DNA of 62,655 bases, filler included. It is 4 parts of 4 records of this genome, joined end to end, with 100 filler letters (N's around TTAATTAATTAA, not from the genome) between each part and the next. Parts side by side here need not be neighbours in the genome. Positions count along the whole stretch, not along the records: positions 53,802 to 62,655 come from SRR20825006_1341; 3 more parts are not named here. One strand, 5' to 3'. The notes beneath the pieces were generated by a model that searched no databases, was not told where the DNA came from, and saw only the letters and a list, made by a program, of their open reading frames with translations. Below are positions 57,497-62,655 of this stretch, piece after piece. The position numbers were made by a program, and so were the translations under genes. Within the stretch, counting starts at the first letter, position 1; each line of letters opens with the position of its first letter.

Positions 57497-57979
57497 TTGA
57501 AGAAGAAAACGATTTTTGCCCTCGGCGGAGCTGTGGCCGTGTCCGCAATCGTGGTGATTGCTGTTGTCTTTTCAGGTGCCTACCCTAAAAAAGATGCGGC
57601 GCAGGTTCGCTTGCAACCCGATAATTTGCAACTGGTTGCAATGGGCAAGAAAATCTATGACGCCAATTGTGCGTCCTGCCACGGTCGTGATTTTAAAGGG
57701 GAAGCAAACTGGCGCGAACGACGCGACGATGGTTTGCTGCCTGCACCTCCCCATGATGAAACCGGCCATACCTGGCATCACCCGGATGATTTGCTGTTTG
57801 CATTGACCAAATATGGTCCGGCGAAAATGATCGGTGATGGTTATCAGTCTGCGATGCCCGGCTTTGAAAAAGTTCTGACGGATGAGGAAATCATAGCATC
57901 CCTGTCCTATATCAAAAGCCGCTGGCCCAAAGAAATCCAGATGCGTCACGATCAGATGAACAAGTCGGCCGCCCAATAA
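57497..57979 (+). CDS. Membrane-anchored or exported monohaem cytochrome c
   Basis: TTG start after GAAGGA; N-terminal hydrophobic helix; CASCH; PPHDETGHTWHH; distal MP. Confidence 0.88.
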   Translation: MKKKTIFALGGAVAVSAIVVIAVVFSGAYPKKDAAQVRLQPDNLQLVAMGKKIYDANCASCHGRDFKGEANWRERRDDGLLPAPPHDETGHTWHHPDDLLFALTKYGPAKMIGDGYQSAMPGFEKVLTDEEIIASLSYIKSRWPKEIQMRHDQMNKSAAQ

Positions 57980-57985
57980 AGCACA

Positions 57986-58011
57986 AGGCCTGGCAATATT
58001 CTGCCGGGCCT
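57986..58011. terminator. Hairpin between convergent cytochrome c and kinase genes
   Basis: AGGCCTGGCA/TGCCGGGCCT stem. Confidence 0.6.
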
Positions 58012-58033
58012 TCATGTTTTTACGACATAAAAC

Positions 58034-59146
58034 CTAAACGCGGGGCAGGGTGATTCGTACTGTTGTGCCCTTGCCAAGGTCGCTTTCGATGCTTAGTCGT
58101 CCACCGTGCAATTCAACCAAAAGCTTGGCCAGCGGCAAACCAAGTCCCGTTCCGGCACTTTCCTTGACCCCTGATGGGTGCAATTGGGAGAACCGGGCAA
58201 GCGCACGTGGAATGTCGTTCGGACTCATGCCGACACCATTATCCTGAATGGCAAAACAGATTTCGTCGTCCAAGACCGTCAATGTTACGGAAATCTCTCC
58301 CTTGTCGGGGGTGAACTTGGCGGCGTTGCTGAGTATGTTTATCAGGATTTGCTTAAGTTTCAGGCGATCACATGGCATCATCAATGGTTTTTGCGGCAAA
58401 TTCAGGATCAGTTTGTGATGCCGTTTCTTGATGTCGTCGCTGACTAGTTTTGTTGCTTCCTGCGTTACAGAAACAATATCGTCTTCTGCCAGTTGCAAAG
58501 CCATCGAGCCATTCGAAAGCTTCGAGACATCAAGAACATTGTTCACGAGTTCAAGCAGATGCGTTCCGGCCTCGTAGACGTCGCGTGCGCAGTCACGATA
58601 GCTGTCGGAAATATCGCCCAGCACGCCTTCGGCGATCAATTCGGAATTGCCGATAATCGCATTAAGCGGGGTGCGCAGTTCATGCCCCATATTGGCAATG
58701 AAGTCGGATTTTGAAGCATTGGCGTCCGAGCGTTCGCGATTCTGTTCCATCAAGGTGCGCTCGGCCTGTTGCTGCCTGTCATTTTCAAGCAGCGTCATCA
58801 GGACAGCTGTGCGTGTTTCGTTTTCGCGGAAATATTCCAGCGGGGCGATGGATAGATCGCACATGTGGCTTTCATCGCTGGCATTGACCAGCACGATATC
58901 GCCGCGCCATGTCCGACCGGATGCAAAGACATCATCAATGTCATTGAGAAGTCCGGCAGACAGAAAGCCCGCCTTGCGCCCGATCATGCGGTCGCGGGCA
59001 ACACCGATCAGGTTCGCCATGGCGTCATTGCACTGCAAAACCTTGCCGCTACGCTCGCAGATGACGGCGGCATAGGGCAGTGCGTTCAGAACGACTTGAT
59101 CTGCCAATGGCGCGGTTTCCGCGTCAATCGGGGAGTCTGTGGTCAT
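58034..59146 (-). CDS. Cytoplasmic PAS sensor histidine kinase (PleC/DivJ-like H box)
   Basis: PAS domain; FIANMGHELRTPLNAIIG, NAAKFT, DNGVG and GTGLGL motifs; no TM. Confidence 0.9.
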   Translation of the reverse strand: MTTDSPIDAETAPLADQVVLNALPYAAVICERSGKVLQCNDAMANLIGVARDRMIGRKAGFLSAGLLNDIDDVFASGRTWRGDIVLVNASDESHMCDLSIAPLEYFRENETRTAVLMTLLENDRQQQAERTLMEQNRERSDANASKSDFIANMGHELRTPLNAIIGNSELIAEGVLGDISDSYRDCARDVYEAGTHLLELVNNVLDVSKLSNGSMALQLAEDDIVSVTQEATKLVSDDIKKRHHKLILNLPQKPLMMPCDRLKLKQILINILSNAAKFTPDKGEISVTLTVLDDEICFAIQDNGVGMSPNDIPRALARFSQLHPSGVKESAGTGLGLPLAKLLVELHGGRLSIESDLGKGTTVRITLPRV

Positions 59147-59185
59147 GTCGGCCCCTGGTCCCATCGTTATCCAGCAATCAATCGT

Positions 59186-60436
59186 TTAAAAACGGTCGAT
59201 ACCCAGTCCAAGAAGCGAGATATCGGGTTTGCGTCCGTCAATGAGATCGGCAACAGCCTTTCCAGAACCACAACTCATCGTCCACCCCAAAGTCCCGTGC
59301 CCCGTATTAAGATACAGATTATCATATTTGGTATCACTAATAACAGGGGCAGAATCAGGTGTTACAGGACGAAGTCCCGACCAGAACTCGATTGTTGAAC
59401 GATCACCGGAATTTGGAAACAATTCGAATGCCTTGTCGGCAATTATTTTTTGGCGTCGTTCCGACATTCTAAGATTATAGCCGTCCAGTTCCGCCGTTCC
59501 CGCGACGCGGAGCCGGTTTCCAAGCCGCGAATAGACCATCTTCACGCTGTCATCAATCAGGGCCACCCGGGGGGCGCCGTTATGGCCAGTGGTATCGATG
59601 CTGATCGAATATCCCTTGCACGGGTAAACCGGCAAATGGATGCCAAGCGGCTTTAACAGAAGCGGGCTGTAACTGCCCAGACACATCAGGTAACGATCAC
59701 CGGAAATATCGCCCTGATCGGTGCTGACGGCGGCAATGCGGCCCTGATCCTGTTTAAGTCCGGTGATGGTGGTGTCGAGCCTGAAGATGGCACCGCGTGC
59801 ACGGCAGCGGTCTGCCAGAAGTTCGGTAAATTTTCGCGCATCCCCGCTTTCATCATCGGGGGTAAAGCTGCCACCGATGATTTTGGCATTGCTGTCGCGC
59901 AAGGCTGGTTCGATTTCAAGGCATTCGGTGGCACTGACCATGCGACGGTTCAGGCCAAATTCCTGCATCTGGCGGGTTGCCTTTTCGACCGTTGCCAGTT
60001 CGTCTTCGTTTCGACAGACGTGAAGAATACCCTGTTCGAGATGGTCATATTCAAGGCCAAGGCTGCTGCGCAGGTCTTTTAGGCAGGCGCGGCTGTATGT
60101 CGCAACGCGCAGTGCCTTTTCAAGGTTCACGCGTGCCCGTTTATCGGTGCAGTTACGCAGGAAACGGAGGCCCCATGAAAACAGTTGCGGATCCCAGCGC
60201 ATCCGGAACAACAGCGGCGCTTCTTCGCGGCCAAGCCATTTCAGTATCTGTGCGGGGGTATGTTCATTTGCCCACGGTGTGGCATGGCAGGCGGAAATCT
60301 GGCCACCATTGGCAAAGCTGGTTTCCTGACCTGCGGCGTGCTGTCGGTCAATGACCGTAACCTGATGGCCGTTTTCCAAAAGATACCAGGCCGCCGTCGT
60401 CCCAATGACGCCAGCGCCCATCACGACAACATGCAT
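59186..60436 (-). CDS. dadA: D-amino acid dehydrogenase
   Basis: GAGVIG, ETSFANGGQ, GYSI, WSGLRP and NTGHGTLGWTMSCGSG motifs. Confidence 0.95.
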   Translation of the reverse strand: MHVVVMGAGVIGTTAAWYLLENGHQVTVIDRQHAAGQETSFANGGQISACHATPWANEHTPAQILKWLGREEAPLLFRMRWDPQLFSWGLRFLRNCTDKRARVNLEKALRVATYSRACLKDLRSSLGLEYDHLEQGILHVCRNEDELATVEKATRQMQEFGLNRRMVSATECLEIEPALRDSNAKIIGGSFTPDDESGDARKFTELLADRCRARGAIFRLDTTITGLKQDQGRIAAVSTDQGDISGDRYLMCLGSYSPLLLKPLGIHLPVYPCKGYSISIDTTGHNGAPRVALIDDSVKMVYSRLGNRLRVAGTAELDGYNLRMSERRQKIIADKAFELFPNSGDRSTIEFWSGLRPVTPDSAPVISDTKYDNLYLNTGHGTLGWTMSCGSGKAVADLIDGRKPDISLLGLGIDRF

Positions 60437-60595
60437 ACCGGAAAAGCCTCGTTACGGATCGTTAAGTACGCGTTAGTCTCTGACTCGCGATTGCGTTTGC
60501 AATATACTGATCGGGAAAACAAATAGCTACCGGTGTCTGTTCGTTTTCCGGATGATCCGGCAAGCACGCCAATGTACCGAATGTGACAGGTGAAA

Positions 60596-62053
60596 ATGTT
60601 CGAAGTCCTCACTACTGAACAGATGTACGAAGCCGACCGCAGAACCATTGAAGCTGGCACATCTGGCGACGTTTTGATGGAAAATGCCGGTGCGTCTGTT
60701 GTTGCCGAAATCGTGTCGCGGTGGACGACGCGTGCCGCAACGGTGTTATGCGGGCCGGGGAACAATGGCGGCGATGGCTTTGTTATTGCCCGCCTTTTAC
60801 GCAATGCCGGGTGGTCGGTACGGTTGGGGCTGCTTGGCGATGTTGAAAAGCTGACCGGGGATGCCGCCCTGAATGCGGGACGCTGGGAAGGGGCGGTCGA
60901 GCGGCTTTCGCCTGCATTGCTGGTCGGGGCCGATCTGGTGGTTGATTGTCTGTTTGGCGCGGGGCTTGCGCGGCCAATTGAGGGTGATCTTGCCAGTCTG
61001 GTGCAGGCTGTAAACGATTCCGGCGTGCCGGTTGTTGCGGTTGATGTGCCAAGCGGGGTTGATGGCAATTCCGGCGAAGTTCGCGGTATTTCCGTCAAGG
61101 CGAACGTCACCGTGACATTCTGCCGTCCGAAACCGGGGCACTATCTTTTGCCCGGTCGCATTCTGTGCGGTCAGGTGATTGTGCGTGACATCGGTATCGC
61201 CGATCAGACGATCCGCGATATCCGTCCGATGCTTGTATGTAATGAGCCCGGTGTGTGGCGGGCGGGCATCAACTGGCCAGGTGTGGATGGGCATAAATAT
61301 CATCGGGGGCATTTGCTGGTGATTGGCGGGGCGACCATGACAGGGGCAGGCCGGCTGGTGGCAAGGGCTGCGCGCCGTGCCGGGGCAGGGTTGCTTACAG
61401 TTGTGGCAGAACCCGCAAGCCTTTCGGTTTATGCCGCGGATAGCCCCGGCATCATGACGGCACCGATTGCGACCCTTGATGACCTGTTAAAGGATTGTCG
61501 TCACAACGCGTTGGTGATCGGGCCGGGATTCGGCGTTGGGGATGAAACATGCAGCCGGATCATTACGTTGCTGCATTATTGTCGGTGCACGGTTCTGGAT
61601 GCCGATGCGCTGACCAGTTTCGCCGAACAGCCCAGCACGCTGTTTTTTGCCATTCAGGGGCCAACGGTGTTAACGCCGCATGAAGGCGAATTTGCCCGTC
61701 TGTTTCCTGATATCGAAGGCGACAAGCTAAGCCGGGCGCGGGCCGCAGCCAAGCGAAGCGGTGCGACCGTCCTGATCAAGGGGGCGGATACGGTTGTTGC
61801 CGCCCCAGATGGCCGGGCGGCAATCAACACGATCGATGCGCCGTGGCTGGCAACAGCCGGATCTGGGGATGTACTGGCCGGAATTATCGGCGGGTTAATG
61901 GCACAGGGGATGGAAATGTTTGATGCTGCCTGCATGGGGGCGTGGCTTCATGCGCGTGCCGGGGGGGATATTGGTCCCGGTCTGATTGCCGAGGATATTC
62001 CGCATCATCTGCCGGTTCTGCTGGGGCAGCTTTGGCGTGGCGTGCCCAAGTGA
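60596..62053 (+). CDS. nnr: Bifunctional NAD(P)HX epimerase/dehydratase
   Basis: LMENAG, GPGNNGGDG, DVPSG, HKY.RG, LDADA, TPHEGEF and ATAGSGD motifs. Confidence 0.95.
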   Translation: MFEVLTTEQMYEADRRTIEAGTSGDVLMENAGASVVAEIVSRWTTRAATVLCGPGNNGGDGFVIARLLRNAGWSVRLGLLGDVEKLTGDAALNAGRWEGAVERLSPALLVGADLVVDCLFGAGLARPIEGDLASLVQAVNDSGVPVVAVDVPSGVDGNSGEVRGISVKANVTVTFCRPKPGHYLLPGRILCGQVIVRDIGIADQTIRDIRPMLVCNEPGVWRAGINWPGVDGHKYHRGHLLVIGGATMTGAGRLVARAARRAGAGLLTVVAEPASLSVYAADSPGIMTAPIATLDDLLKDCRHNALVIGPGFGVGDETCSRIITLLHYCRCTVLDADALTSFAEQPSTLFFAIQGPTVLTPHEGEFARLFPDIEGDKLSRARAAAKRSGATVLIKGADTVVAAPDGRAAINTIDAPWLATAGSGDVLAGIIGGLMAQGMEMFDAACMGAWLHARAGGDIGPGLIAEDIPHHLPVLLGQLWRGVPK

Positions 62054-62238
62054 TGTCTGGATGAGGCGCTAGTTCTATCGCAAATCGGCTGCGTTCGGCC
62101 CCCTGAAGCCGATGTTTGATGGGCGAAGATGCTTTTTCGGGCAGTTTTTTGAACCTTCCAACAATCTTGTAGAACGCAGAAAACCGGCCCGTTTCAAATT
62201 AATTTTCCACCTGAATGCATCTGTCTAAAAGGCGATGC

Positions 62239-62267
62239 TTGCATGACATGATCGAAGTTTGTATTAA
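62239..62267 (+). promoter_or_regulatory. Sigma70 promoter of the tRNA-Leu/tig unit
   Basis: TTGCAT-17 bp-TATTAA followed by a GC-rich discriminator. Confidence 0.65.
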
Positions 62268-62312
62268 GGCGCACCCACACCGGTACTTCCGGTGTGTTTG
62301 GTATGCTTGTGT

Positions 62313-62397
62313 GCGGGCGTGGCGGAACTGGTAGACGCGCTGGATTTAGGTTCCAGTGGAGCAATCCGTGGGGGTTCGAGTCCCTTCGCCCGTACCA
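62313..62397 (+). tRNA. tRNA-Leu(TAG)
   Basis: GCGGGCG acceptor stem; CTGGA-TT-TAG-GT-TCCAG anticodon arm; long variable arm; GTTCGAG T loop; encoded CCA. Confidence 0.96.
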
Positions 62398-62511
62398 TAA
62401 GCTGACCATAAATTAAGACCAGGATGCATATTCGTTTAGTCATATTGACTTTCTGAGGTCCGGACTGCGTCGCGTAACGGACATTATTCGAACCAAGCAA
62501 AAGAGTTATCT

Positions 62512-62655
62512 ATGCAGGTTACTGAAACCAAAAACGAAGGCCTGGCGCGCGAGTTCAAAGTCGTTGTGCCCGCCGCTCAGATCGAAGAAAAAGTCGTCGC
62601 CAAACTCGACGAGATCAAAGACCAGGTTCGCCTGCCGGGCTTCCGTCCGGGCAAG
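62512..62655 (+). CDS. tig: Trigger factor, N-terminal part (window-truncated)
   Basis: MQVTET...LPGFRPGK ribosome-binding signature; tRNA-Leu-tig synteny. Confidence 0.95.
   Translation, partial: MQVTETKNEGLAREFKVVVPAAQIEEKVVAKLDEIKDQVRLPGFRPGK

Noticed and set aside
62194-62500. Minus-strand ORFs 62194-62409 and 62264-62500
   Set aside because: Antisense to tRNA-Leu
62398-62511. Integrative element at tRNA-Leu
   Set aside because: The tRNA is followed directly by tig, with no integrase or duplicated tRNA 3' end

Overview
The window joins four unrelated contigs with artificial 100-nt spacers (N44-TTAATTAATTAA-N44 at 12281-12380, 35783-35882 and 53702-53801). Taxonomic guesses come from composition and gene content only. 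Segment 1 (1-12280) is a GC-rich alphaproteobacterium (Rhodospirillales-like). It carries SulP, a hydrolase, two AEC transporters around a MATE, a Tat multicopper oxidase, an enoyl-CoA hydratase, a CoA-binding/MetY fusion, two stand-alone PAS proteins, a His-phosphatase and a partial nitronate monooxygenase. Segment 2 (12381-35782) is AT-rich and Balneolaceae-like. It carries lipoproteins, an amidohydrolase pair, metK, ruvB, ppk1, an ECF sigma/TPR anti-sigma pair, scpA, an M28 peptidase, a secreted TPR-CHAT protease and ftsY. Segment 3 (35883-53701) is a Bacteroidota (Flavobacteriales-like) contig. It carries an attC-like remnant with cassette-like ORFs, LRR and ASST proteins, clpP-clpX, mutY-ssb-gldE-gldD-folK, HU and a partial bS22-like gene. 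Segment 4 (53802-62655) is Thalassospira-like, with tandem bfr genes, copA-cueR-cytochrome c, a PAS kinase, dadA, nnr, tRNA-Leu(TAG) and partial tig. The best candidate for an undescribed system is in segment 2: an unannotated 41-aa basic/Gly-rich micropeptide (32616-32741) with a strong RBS and a downstream terminator lies head-to-head with a catalytically intact TPR-CHAT caspase-like protease. An ECF sigma and a membrane TPR anti-sigma lie about 2.5 kb beyond the protease gene, and a TAAG-N16-RGTYTTA promoter-like motif precedes both the anti-sigma and the micropeptide. The functional linkage is inference.
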